Part shown: positions 25,056 through 32,863 of the stretch, in pieces | How the letters are laid out: every line of letters starts with the position of its first letter | How positions within the stretch are numbered: the first letter of the stretch is position 1 | From: Dehalococcoidia bacterium | Lineage (GTDB): Bacteria; Chloroflexota; Dehalococcoidia; Lucifugimonadales; UBA3495 | DNA: 64,000 bases | Direction: 5' to 3' | Assembly (NCBI GenBank): GCA_034428795.1 | Contig: DAOUHF010000071.1 | Location: 19,256 to 83,255 of the forward strand | The notes under the pieces: generated by a model | Seen by the model: only the letters and a program-made list of their open reading frames with translations | Databases searched by the model: none | What the model was told of the DNA's origin: nothing | Position numbers and translations under genes: made by a program

Positions 25056-26462
25056 ATGGGACTTGTGGTACAAAAATACGGCGGATCGTCAGTAGCCGAC
25101 GCCGAGAAAATCTTGAGCGTCGCCCGGCGGGTCATTGAGACCGGCAAAGGCGGCAAGAGCGGCAAAGGCGGCAAGGGCGGCATAGATGTTGTGGTGGTGG
25201 TCTCCGCGATGGGGGACACCACCGACGACCTGATAGAACTGGCTACTTCCGTTTCTCGTGACCCCAACCCCAGGGAGCTGGACCTCCTGCTTTCCACTGG
25301 GGAGTTAGTGTCGTGCACCCTCCTGACCATGGCGTTGCGGGACCTCGGCCAGGATGCCATCAGTCTGAGCGGGCCGCAAGCGGGGATTCTGACCGACACG
25401 AGCCACGGGCGGGCCCGGATTCACCGGGTCGACACCGGACGGGTGCGACATGAGTTGACGCAGGGACGGACCGTGGTGGTGGCCGGTTTTCAGGGCATCA
25501 CCGAGGGGGACGACATCACGACGCTGGGCCGGGGCGGCAGCGACACCACCGCCGTGGCATTGGCCGCCGCTCTGGGCGCGGACCGGTGCGAAATCTACAC
25601 TGACGTGGAGGGAATCTACACCGCCGACCCCCGGGTGGCCCCCCGGGCCCGGAAACTGGAAGAGATCGGGTACGAGGAGATGCTGGAACTGGCCAATCAC
25701 GGCGCCAAGATGCATCCCCGGTCCATCGAGTTGGGCGCGGCCTACAGGGTGCCCATTTTCGTGGCGTCGAGCTTCAACAACGCTCCGGGCACCCTGATCC
25801 ACGGCGGCTGCGACACGGCGGGCAAGCCGCCGGAGCGTACTTTACCGCCGCCTGGACCATCGACTTTACCATCGGCTGGACCATCGGCTGGCCTGGCGAA
25901 TAATTCGACCCAAAATACGTTCCGGAATACGCCGGGGAATACGCCGGGGAATACGCCGGGGAATGCGCCGGGGAATGCTATGGAAGATAGAGTTAAAGTA
26001 ACCGGTATAGCATTGAACGCCAATGTTGCCAAGATCACGGTGCGGCGGGTCCCCGACCGTCCGGGCATCGCGGCCGCCCTATTCGAACCCTTGGCCGAGG
26101 CATCCATCAGCGTGGATACCATCGTCCAGAACACCAGCGCCGACCTCACCACCGATATCAGCTTCACGGTAAGCCGCGACGACCTGGCCGTCGCCCTGAC
26201 CAGGGTGACGGCGCTCACGGAGGAACTGGGGGCGGGCGGTGTGGTCAGCGACGCCGGACTGGCGTCCGTGAGTATCGTGGGGTCCGGGATGCAAAACACG
26301 CCCGGATATGCCTCGCGTATGTTCCGCTCCCTGGCCAACGGGAACGTCAACATCGATATGATCACAACGTCGGAAATTCGTATCTCCTGTATCATCAAAG
26401 AGGAGGACTGCAGGGAGGCGGTGCGGTTGCTGCATCGAGACTTCGAACTGGACCAGGACTGA
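25056..26462 (+). CDS. lysC: Aspartate kinase with two low-complexity insertions
   Basis: [42 protein letters not shown]-terminal ACT domains. Insertions are [13 protein letters not shown] and ~70 aa of Pro/Gly/Asn/Thr-rich linker. Confidence 0.9.
   Translation: MGLVVQKYGGSSVADAEKILSVARRVIETGKGGKSGKGGKGGIDVVVVVSAMGDTTDDLIELATSVSRDPNPRELDLLLSTGELVSCTLLTMALRDLGQDAISLSGPQAGILTDTSHGRARIHRVDTGRVRHELTQGRTVVVAGFQGITEGDDITTLGRGGSDTTAVALAAALGADRCEIYTDVEGIYTADPRVAPRARKLEEIGYEEMLELANHGAKMHPRSIELGAAYRVPIFVASSFNNAPGTLIHGGCDTAGKPPERTLPPPGPSTLPSAGPSAGLANNSTQNTFRNTPGNTPGNTPGNAPGNAMEDRVKVTGIALNANVAKITVRRVPDRPGIAAALFEPLAEASISVDTIVQNTSADLTTDISFTVSRDDLAVALTRVTALTEELGAGGVVSDAGLASVSIVGSGMQNTPGYASRMFRSLANGNVNIDMITTSEIRISCIIKEEDCREAVRLLHRDFELDQD
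25143..25181 (+). repeat. 18-bp in-frame tandem repeat ([12 protein letters not shown]) inside lysC
   Basis: ggcaaaggcggcaagRgc x2 plus ggc, read directly. Confidence 0.9.
25865..25987 (+). repeat. Two in-frame 12-bp tandem arrays inside lysC (accatcgRctKK x3 at 25865-25900; ggaatRcgccgg x4.6 at 25933-25987)
   Basis: Read directly. They encode [12 protein letters not shown] and [18 protein letters not shown]. Confidence 0.9.
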
Positions 26463-26553
26463 TCTGGTCCGGGACGGGTCTCACGCTCCCGGCTCCTGAG
26501 AGTTCCCGTCGAACAGTCACGCCGGGCCAGAATCCCCAGCCGGAAGGTACCCA

Positions 26554-27276
26554 TTGTCCCAACCCTGCTTGCCCTACCTGTCGGTCGTCATTCCCGCCTA
26601 CAACGAGGAAGAGCGTATAGCCTATACGCTGCAACAGGTGATTGGGTACCTGGCCGCCCGCGACTATCCTTGGGAAGTGATCGTGGCGGACGACGGCAGT
26701 ACCGACGCCACGGCCGAAATCGTCGAGCGGCAAGGCTCCGGTTACTCCCAGGTGCGCCTTTTACCCCTCCCCCACTGGGGCAAGGGGTGGGCGGTCAAAA
26801 ACGGCATGCGGGCCGCGACCGGCGACTACCGGCTTCTGTGCGACGCTGATCTCTCCGTGCCCATCCAGCAGGTGGAGCGCTTGCTGCCTCCGTTGGGACC
26901 CGACGCGGACATTGCAGTGGGGTCCAGGGAAGCTCTTGGAGCCGCCCGGTATGGTGAGCCGTCCCGCCGCCACTTCATGGGACGTGTCTACAACAGCCTG
27001 GTCCGCCGGCTGGCTGTCCCAGGCTTGGAAGACACCCAGTGCGGCTTCAAATGTTTCAAGCGCGGTCCCGCCACCGATCTGTTCGGCCGGCAGACCATGG
27101 ACGGGTTCGCTTTCGACGTCGAACTTTTATACCTGGCGCGCCAGCAGGGGTTGACCATCCGGGAAATCGGAGTGGACTGGTACTACCGGGAGAGGAGTAA
27201 AGTCCGGCCCCTGCGGGACTCACTGGCGATGGCCCTGGACCTGCTGCGGATCAAGTGGCGACACCGGAAAGCCTGA
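26554..27276 (+). CDS. GT2-family glycosyltransferase (polyprenol-phosphate glycosyltransferase-like)
   Basis: LSVVIPAYNEEERI, VIVADDGSTDAT, DADLS, QCGFKCF motifs. TTG start. Confidence 0.8.
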   Translation: MSQPCLPYLSVVIPAYNEEERIAYTLQQVIGYLAARDYPWEVIVADDGSTDATAEIVERQGSGYSQVRLLPLPHWGKGWAVKNGMRAATGDYRLLCDADLSVPIQQVERLLPPLGPDADIAVGSREALGAARYGEPSRRHFMGRVYNSLVRRLAVPGLEDTQCGFKCFKRGPATDLFGRQTMDGFAFDVELLYLARQQGLTIREIGVDWYYRERSKVRPLRDSLAMALDLLRIKWRHRKA

Positions 27277-27530
27277 GCTATCGGCGCCGGCGCCGTACCA
27301 TACGCCGGATACCGATATTCGGCTGTTACGGGCCCGGCGCCGGTTTCGAAGCCGGACCGATAGCCCGGTCGCAACGGGCTTGTGGGACAGGTGAAAAATG
27401 TGGAATTTACGCTGGCATTTGGTATTGACCTATCCCATGCAATTGGTGTAACAGTAAACCGTCGCAGCTTCGATACCGCCCTCGCCAGCCTCAGTCGTCG
27501 TGTGCGAGGCCGCCGCCCTGGGTCGATACG

Positions 27531-27560
27531 ACTGGCTCAAACTGGCTCAAACTGGCTCAA
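27531..27560. repeat. 10-bp tandem repeat (actggctcaa x3), intergenic
   Basis: Read directly. Lies 24 nt upstream of the ATG at 27584. Confidence 0.9.
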
Positions 27561-27583
27561 TTGAAAGCTGTCCTGGAGAACCG

Positions 27584-28405
27584 ATGAACCGGAACACAAT
27601 ACAAACACCCAACGGTCTCAGGCTTAAGCGGGACTTGGACCGGGAAGCCGTGGACCTTGCACTCAAAGGCGAGTGGGAACGGGCCACCGAAGTGAACCGG
27701 GCAGTCCTGGAGTTGTTCACCGATGACGTGGAAGCGATGAACCGTCTCGCCAAAGCGCTTATGGAGCTTGGCGACTATGGCGAAGCCCGGAAAGTGCTGG
27801 ACAGTGTTTCAACCGTCGCCCCATACAACAAAATCGCCAAAAAGAACCGGGCCAGGCTGGACCAGTTGAGCAGTAATCCCTCCGGCAGCAGGCGCCACTC
27901 CCCAAGAGCGGCGGGCAAACCCCAACTATTCATCGAGGAAAGCGGGAAATCCACCACGACCATCCTGCGCCGTCCCGCCAGCCGTCCCGTTGCCGCCGGC
28001 GTTTCGCCCGGTGAGTCGGTGGACCTGGTGCAGGAGAACAACACGTTGAACGCCTATTCCGGGGACGGCGATTTCCTGGGGCAATTGGAGCCCAAGCTGG
28101 GCAAAAGACTGGCCGGGCTGATGAAAGGGGGCAACACCTACGCCGCCGCAGTAATCGGAGTGAACCCCCGGGGAGTTTCCGTGATCATCCGGGAGACTTC
28201 CCGCCACCGCAGCCTGCACAACGTATGCTCATTTCCCAATAGCGCCAAGGACGACGCCCTGGTTCACCTTAACGAGAAAGTTGCCCGGCTCTTTCGGAAC
28301 GACGACCGGCGCCGCGATCAAGGCGACGGGTCCGACGAAGATGACGAGGAGGAAGACGTCGTCAACGAGGGAGCCATGGAAGACGACTGGACGGAGAACG
28401 AATAA
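27584..28405 (+). CDS. Hypothetical protein: N-terminal TPR-like helices, central beta-rich domain (HIRAN-like?), acidic tail
   Basis: Start placed at ATG 27584 (GGAGA RBS). AMNRLAKALMELGDYGEARKVLD is TPR-like. The ESVDLVQENNTLNAYSGDGDFLGQLEPKLGKRLAGLMKGGNTYAAAVIG pattern is reminiscent of HIRAN. C-terminal DEDDEEEDVV. Confidence 0.5.
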   Translation: MNRNTIQTPNGLRLKRDLDREAVDLALKGEWERATEVNRAVLELFTDDVEAMNRLAKALMELGDYGEARKVLDSVSTVAPYNKIAKKNRARLDQLSSNPSGSRRHSPRAAGKPQLFIEESGKSTTTILRRPASRPVAAGVSPGESVDLVQENNTLNAYSGDGDFLGQLEPKLGKRLAGLMKGGNTYAAAVIGVNPRGVSVIIRETSRHRSLHNVCSFPNSAKDDALVHLNEKVARLFRNDDRRRDQGDGSDEDDEEEDVVNEGAMEDDWTENE

Positions 28406-28534
28406 TACCGCCCGCTGCTGCCTTCCGCCTCCCGGCTGAATCTGGACCGCCTGTACCTGCCGGCGCTTGGCCGCTTCAACCGCCGGGTCGTCCGCTGCTT
28501 CAAACGCTCGATTTCGATAGCCTTGGCAAGGGTA

Positions 28535-28563
28535 TTGATTAGTCATGGATACGCATATAGAAT
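28535..28563 (+). promoter_or_regulatory. Candidate sigma70-type promoter for speH-speE (TTGATT-N17-TAGAAT)
   Basis: Read directly. About 85 nt upstream of the speH start. Confidence 0.45.
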
Positions 28564-28650
28564 AAGGCACTGTCTCCCAGACCGAACTTTCCCAGACCGG
28601 ACTTCAGGGAGCGACGTGTAATTCTGATGACATAAGAGGAGGACAGGTGA

Positions 28651-29016
28651 TTGAATGTACTAGGTTGTCATCTTCTGCTGGAACTCAGGGACTGTAACCC
28701 CACCCTCCTTAACGACCTAGACTACATACGTCGGGTGATGCTGGCGACCGCCCATGACGTAGGCGCCACAGTCGTCGGTGAGTCTTTTCACCGCTTTACT
28801 CCACAGGGTGTTACCGGAATTCTGGCCATCGCGGAATCACACATCTCCATACATACCTGGCCGGAGTACAGGTACGCCGCCGCAGACATATTCTCGTGCG
28901 GGTCATCGTTCCTGCCCCGTGAGGCCGCCGCCCGGCTGATTGAGCAGTTCGAGTCCCTTGACCCGGACATCAGGGAGATCCAGAGAGGCTTGGTGGCCGA
29001 CGCCGTGGCCGGCTGA
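28651..29016 (+). CDS. speH: S-adenosylmethionine decarboxylase proenzyme (small bacterial/archaeal type)
   Basis: LGCHLLLEL, AIAESHISIHTWPE (self-cleavage site), FSCG. TTG start after AAGAGGAGGA. Confidence 0.85.
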   Translation: MNVLGCHLLLELRDCNPTLLNDLDYIRRVMLATAHDVGATVVGESFHRFTPQGVTGILAIAESHISIHTWPEYRYAAADIFSCGSSFLPREAAARLIEQFESLDPDIREIQRGLVADAVAG

Positions 29017-29040
29017 ACCACCGCAGGGTTCTCGGAATCC

Positions 29041-29952
29041 ATGGAATTATCCGGCAATTGGTTTATGGAGAGCGTATCACCGGACCTGGCAGTAATGCTG
29101 CGGGTCCGGGAGATTCTCTATTCCGGGGAAACACCCTACCAAAAGGTCGAAATCATCGATTCCGATGTTTTCGGACGCACCCTCGTTCTCGACGGAAAGA
29201 CCCAGTCCACCGAACGGGACGAGTTCGTGTACCATGAGACCTTGGTACATCCGGCGATGCTCTGTCATCCGGACCCGCGGCGGGTGTTCATCGGCGGGGG
29301 CGGCGAGGGCGCCACCCTCCGGGAGGTCTTGGCCCACCGAACGGTCCAGGAAGCAACTATGCTGGACTTGGACCAGGAGGTGGTGGATCTGTGCCGCCGC
29401 TATTTACCCAACCATCACCAAGGCAGCTTCGACGACCCCAGGACCAGTCTGTTCCATCAAGACGCCAGGGGCTTTCTGGCGGAGGATGGAGAGGGGTACG
29501 ACGTCATCATCCTCGATCTGGTTGATCCCCTTGAGGGCGGCACCGCCTTCCTGCTATACACCGAAGAGTTCTACCGGATCGCGAGGGCGCGACTCAACAG
29601 CGGCGGTGTTTTGGTAACCCAATCGGGACCGGCCGGACTGCCCAACCACCAGGAATGCTTTACCACCATCTACAACACCCTGCGGCGCGTTTTTGTCCAC
29701 GCCGCCGGGGCCCAGGTGCACGTTCCGGCCTTTCAGACCCTTTGGGGTTTCACCCTGGCCTCCGACTCGCCACTTCTTCCGGCGGGGGGGCAGCCGGTAG
29801 ATGAATTGCTGGCCGACAGGGTAAGCAAAGGGCTGAAGCACTACGACGGCGAGACCCATCGCGGCATGTTCGCCCTCCCCAAGTACCTCCGCAACGGACT
29901 GGAAAACGAGACCCGCGTCAACCGGGATGCCGCCCCGGTGTTCATGGTCTAG
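29041..29952 (+). CDS. speE: Spermidine synthase (polyamine aminopropyltransferase)
   Basis: YQKVEIIDSDVFGRTLVLDG, GGGEGATLREVL, DVIILDLVDP. Confidence 0.9.
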   Translation: MELSGNWFMESVSPDLAVMLRVREILYSGETPYQKVEIIDSDVFGRTLVLDGKTQSTERDEFVYHETLVHPAMLCHPDPRRVFIGGGGEGATLREVLAHRTVQEATMLDLDQEVVDLCRRYLPNHHQGSFDDPRTSLFHQDARGFLAEDGEGYDVIILDLVDPLEGGTAFLLYTEEFYRIARARLNSGGVLVTQSGPAGLPNHQECFTTIYNTLRRVFVHAAGAQVHVPAFQTLWGFTLASDSPLLPAGGQPVDELLADRVSKGLKHYDGETHRGMFALPKYLRNGLENETRVNRDAAPVFMV

Positions 29953-30056
29953 GCAAGAATCCCGGCCCCGGCGCGGAAACCCTCCCTCCTACCGAAAGAT
30001 TTCGTACACCGTCGCGGTGAAGGTTCCGGTCGCGCCTCGTGTCGCGGCTGCCATAT

Positions 30057-30191
30057 TAGGAAACATCTGAACAAGTCCCTTCCCCCAGATGGGGGAAGGT
30101 TAGGATGGGGGCCGCTAAGCTCTCCTCCGAGATTCCGGCTTTCGCCTCAACGACCATAACTTGGACCATAACTTGTTCAGAGGTTCCTTAG
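30057..30191 (+). mobile_element. MITE-like inverted-repeat element, copy 4 (135 bp, with internal 12-bp duplication gaccataacttg x2)
   Basis: TAGGAAACATCTGAACAAGTCCCTTCCCCCAGATGGGGGAAGGTTAGGATGGGGG...AACTTGTTCAGAGGTTCCTTAg. Same orientation as copy 1. Confidence 0.85.
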
Positions 30192-30204
30192 ACCCGGTCA
30201 GGCT

Positions 30205-32229
30205 CTACGGCTGGATCAGCACGCGCATCGAGCCGTCGGTGTCTTTGCGTTGGGTCAAGAGTTTGTGGCCTGCTTGTTCCGACCACAGGATGACGTCGTA
30301 GATGTTCAGGGCGTCGGCGAGGATGGCCTCGACGAAGGACTGGCGGTCGAGGTCCATCTGGTAGGTGATGGCTGCGATCACCCCGGCGCAACTCTTGCCG
30401 CGGCCATCGATGACCACCCAGCCGCTGTTGCCGTCGCTGATTATGGGGGCCATATCGCCGTGGACGCTGATTTCGCCGCTTTTCCGCATGTCCAACTGGC
30501 GTTTGAACTCCGCCACCGCTTCCCAAGCCACGGCCCGGCCGCGGTCGCCGTTGGAGCAGACGGCGCCGCGCACCCCGACGATGTCGGGATTGATGCGGGC
30601 CAGTTCGTCCAAGTCGTTGATTTTGAGGTGACCGGAAAGCGCGGTGCTCATGCCCATCTGCTTGCCCCGGAGCACTATGTCGCGTAAGACAGGCTCCGGC
30701 ATGAAGTCAAAAAGGTTCCGGCCGTCCTTGGTCAGGGTGTCGATCAGGAACCCGTCACACTCGCCGTCCTTGGCCAGTTGCACCATGCAAAGCGGATCCA
30801 GGCCGTCCTCGTAGAGCTCGTTGTCGGCGAACACCGAGCCGATGAGCTTGGTATTGAACCCCTCCAGCGCCCGCCTGGCCTGCCGCAGCACATCGACGGC
30901 GGTATCGTAGTCGCCGCGCTGGAACCCTACTTTCACCGACGTGGCGTCCAGGTGGGCAGCCGCATAGACGGCCATCGCCACTGTGCCGGGCTGGTTGGGC
31001 ACCACGCCCAAGGTGACGCTGACATGCTTCTCCACCGGGATTATGCCCCGCACCTGGCGCACGATTGAAGGATGTCCCGACCCGACCAGGGCCTCCTGCA
31101 GATTCTTGACGTCGACGACGTCGGCCCCGCCCTGCTCCGCTTCCAGGGCTTCGTCAACGTCCTGGACGCTCACCATCAGCAGCATCCCGGCAGCGAAATT
31201 GTTGTTGCCGTCCAGCCAGGCGGCCCTAGGTTGTGCCGCCGCAGCCACGGGCATCCGGGGTTTCAGGGGCTCAAGCTCGTCCCGCATTTGCTCTTTCTCC
31301 TGTGGGGTAAGGTCGATCAGGGGCAGGCGGGGAGGCCCGGCGGCCAGTCCCATCAACTCCGCCCAATGTTTCACCATGGAAACGGGCAGTGCGCCGTTGT
31401 ACTTGTCGAGCGTCCGGGTCCACCAGGTGTCAGAAAGCTCGTTCAACCGGCGTATGTGCCGGTCGTAGAAGGCCTCGTCCAAGTCGCCCTTGGTGGCCCG
31501 GTCGATAAACTGGACGTAGTAATTGGCCCCCGGAACGTCGAACCGCCAGTCTGAGGTGTTGGAGAACATCACCTGTTGCTGGAAGCCCAATTCCTGCGCT
31601 TTGAAGAAGATCCACTCGTCGGGAGTGCTTATGATTGCTTCCTTGCCCAGGGTCAGGTGGGCCTCGATGGAGATTTGCTGATTAAAGCTGGCCTCTTTGA
31701 TGCCGACGACGTTGGGGATGCGGCAGAGCCGCTCCAGGCCGTTGGTGCTCATCACGATCCCGAACTGGGGCGAGTTGTAGAACATGATGGCCAGGTTGGT
31801 ATTCTCGGCCAGAAGCCGAACGTACTCAACAACCTGGTCCTCGGTCTTCGTCACCATGAAGGGCGGAGCCACGACCAGCAGGTCGAACCCCTGGTCCTCG
31901 GCGTGCCGGGCAAGAGACAGCATCTCGGGGGCCGAAGAATCGGTAACGTGGGCAGCAATGAGCCAGTCACCAGCGGACTCCTCGGCCACCGTGTCCATGA
32001 CGTCGATGCGTTCGTCGTGGGTCAGGCTCCAGAACTCCCCCATACCCCAGGTGCAGCCGGCCCCGGTGGTGCCGAGGCTTCTGATGTGTCGGATGTTGCG
32101 CTTCATCCCTTCCCGGTCGAAGCGGTCATCCGGGGTGAAGGGGGTCACCAGAGTCGTCCATTGGCCCTTAAGGGCCTCCCACGCCCACGCCTGGGCCTCG
32201 TGTTTCGAGTAAGTAGCCATGACATGCAC
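30205..32229 (-). CDS. Three-domain fusion: DapA/NAL-family class I aldolase + MfnB-like (DUF556, 4-HFC-P synthase family) + TusA-like sulfur-carrier domain
   Basis: N-terminal ~330 aa has VTPFTPDD...VVGIKEAS (Schiff-base Lys context). Middle has LLMVSVQDVDEALEAEQGGADVVDVKN, KVGF, IDTLTKDGRNLFDF, ALSGH, DIVGVRGAVCSNGDR. C-terminal ~75 aa has IDGRGKSCAGVI...AGHKLL...MRVLIQP. AAGGAG RBS. Confidence 0.8.
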   Translation of the reverse strand: MHVMATYSKHEAQAWAWEALKGQWTTLVTPFTPDDRFDREGMKRNIRHIRSLGTTGAGCTWGMGEFWSLTHDERIDVMDTVAEESAGDWLIAAHVTDSSAPEMLSLARHAEDQGFDLLVVAPPFMVTKTEDQVVEYVRLLAENTNLAIMFYNSPQFGIVMSTNGLERLCRIPNVVGIKEASFNQQISIEAHLTLGKEAIISTPDEWIFFKAQELGFQQQVMFSNTSDWRFDVPGANYYVQFIDRATKGDLDEAFYDRHIRRLNELSDTWWTRTLDKYNGALPVSMVKHWAELMGLAAGPPRLPLIDLTPQEKEQMRDELEPLKPRMPVAAAAQPRAAWLDGNNNFAAGMLLMVSVQDVDEALEAEQGGADVVDVKNLQEALVGSGHPSIVRQVRGIIPVEKHVSVTLGVVPNQPGTVAMAVYAAAHLDATSVKVGFQRGDYDTAVDVLRQARRALEGFNTKLIGSVFADNELYEDGLDPLCMVQLAKDGECDGFLIDTLTKDGRNLFDFMPEPVLRDIVLRGKQMGMSTALSGHLKINDLDELARINPDIVGVRGAVCSNGDRGRAVAWEAVAEFKRQLDMRKSGEISVHGDMAPIISDGNSGWVVIDGRGKSCAGVIAAITYQMDLDRQSFVEAILADALNIYDVILWSEQAGHKLLTQRKDTDGSMRVLIQP

Positions 32230-32235
32230 ACTCCT

Positions 32236-32397
32236 TTAGGATGTGTTGCCGGAATCGCGTGGACCGTACGTCCGAAGGATAGCATCCCGTTCCGGCCAAG
32301 TATGGTCCTTGCATGCCGCATCCCAGCATTCGCCGCACCAGACCCGCGGGTCGTCCGGGCACTCGCCGCAGCAAGCATGGCAGTCGCCCGTCTCCAA
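32236..32397 (-). CDS. Possible 53-aa Cys-rich micro-ORF upstream of the fusion gene
   Basis: My translation: (L/M)ETGDCHACCGECPDDPRVWCGECWDAACKDHTWPERDAILRTYGPRDSGNTS*. Seven Cys, arranged CxxCCxxC-x7-CxxC-x4-C. The TAA stop overlaps the AAGGAG RBS of the fusion gene. Only a TTG start and no clear RBS. Confidence 0.25.
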   Translation of the reverse strand: METGDCHACCGECPDDPRVWCGECWDAACKDHTWPERDAILRTYGPRDSGNTS

Positions 32398-32442
32398 CTA
32401 GCTGCTGGTGCATGCTATTCCACTCGCCACAAAAACCTTGGC

Positions 32443-32853
32443 TCAGTAACCGTCATTCGAGCCTAATTGATCGTTCGAATCCTGGGGAATCAATCGGGCG
32501 ACCGCCTCAATGGTTCGTCTGGCGATCGGGACAGCTGCCTCAAGGTCTGCCAGTTCCACGTCGACATCATAAAATCCTTTATGCAAGATTTCCGCTGTGG
32601 AAAACCCCGCCAGGAGGTAAGGGTCGTCCGTCTCGCTAGATACTTGGATCGCGAAATTCTTCAGCCTCCGGTGCCGGGCGACGTCTATGCCGCGCACCGC
32701 TGCCAGCGCATGAAACACTTGGGTCACGCTTCCCCAGAACATTTCCCCGGCCTTGGAAACTTCTTCGTTCCTCAGCGCCTCCAGGCCGTTCTCAAAGTAT
32801 TGCTCGGAATGCTCCATGTGCCTTCGGACTTTAGTTGCCAATTCGGACGTCAT
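32443..32853 (-). CDS. PaREP1-like (HEPN-superfamily) protein
   Basis: 136 aa. EVSKAGEMFWGSVTQVFHALAAVRG and AEILHKGFYDVD match my recollection of PaREP1 features (AAxKxW...; LHxxFY). Lower GC by eye. Confidence 0.6.
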   Translation of the reverse strand: MTSELATKVRRHMEHSEQYFENGLEALRNEEVSKAGEMFWGSVTQVFHALAAVRGIDVARHRRLKNFAIQVSSETDDPYLLAGFSTAEILHKGFYDVDVELADLEAAVPIARRTIEAVARLIPQDSNDQLGSNDGY

Positions 32854-32863
32854 GCCACCGCCT

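Noticed and set aside
25933-25987. Tandem repeats as possible CRISPR arrays (also 43821-43940, 3501-3539, 27531-27560)
   Set aside because: The units are directly adjacent with no unique spacers, are 10-30 bp long, and are mostly in frame inside genes. There are no cas genes. They are simple tandem duplications.
27382-27564. 60-aa plus-strand ORF in the GT2/TPR intergenic region
   Set aside because: It has a GTG start without an RBS, runs through the 10-bp x3 repeat, and has no recognisable motif. It is probably non-coding.
28229-28570. 113-aa minus-strand ORF upstream of speH
   Set aside because: It overlaps the 3' end of the TPR gene in antisense and covers the speH promoter region. It has no RBS or motifs.
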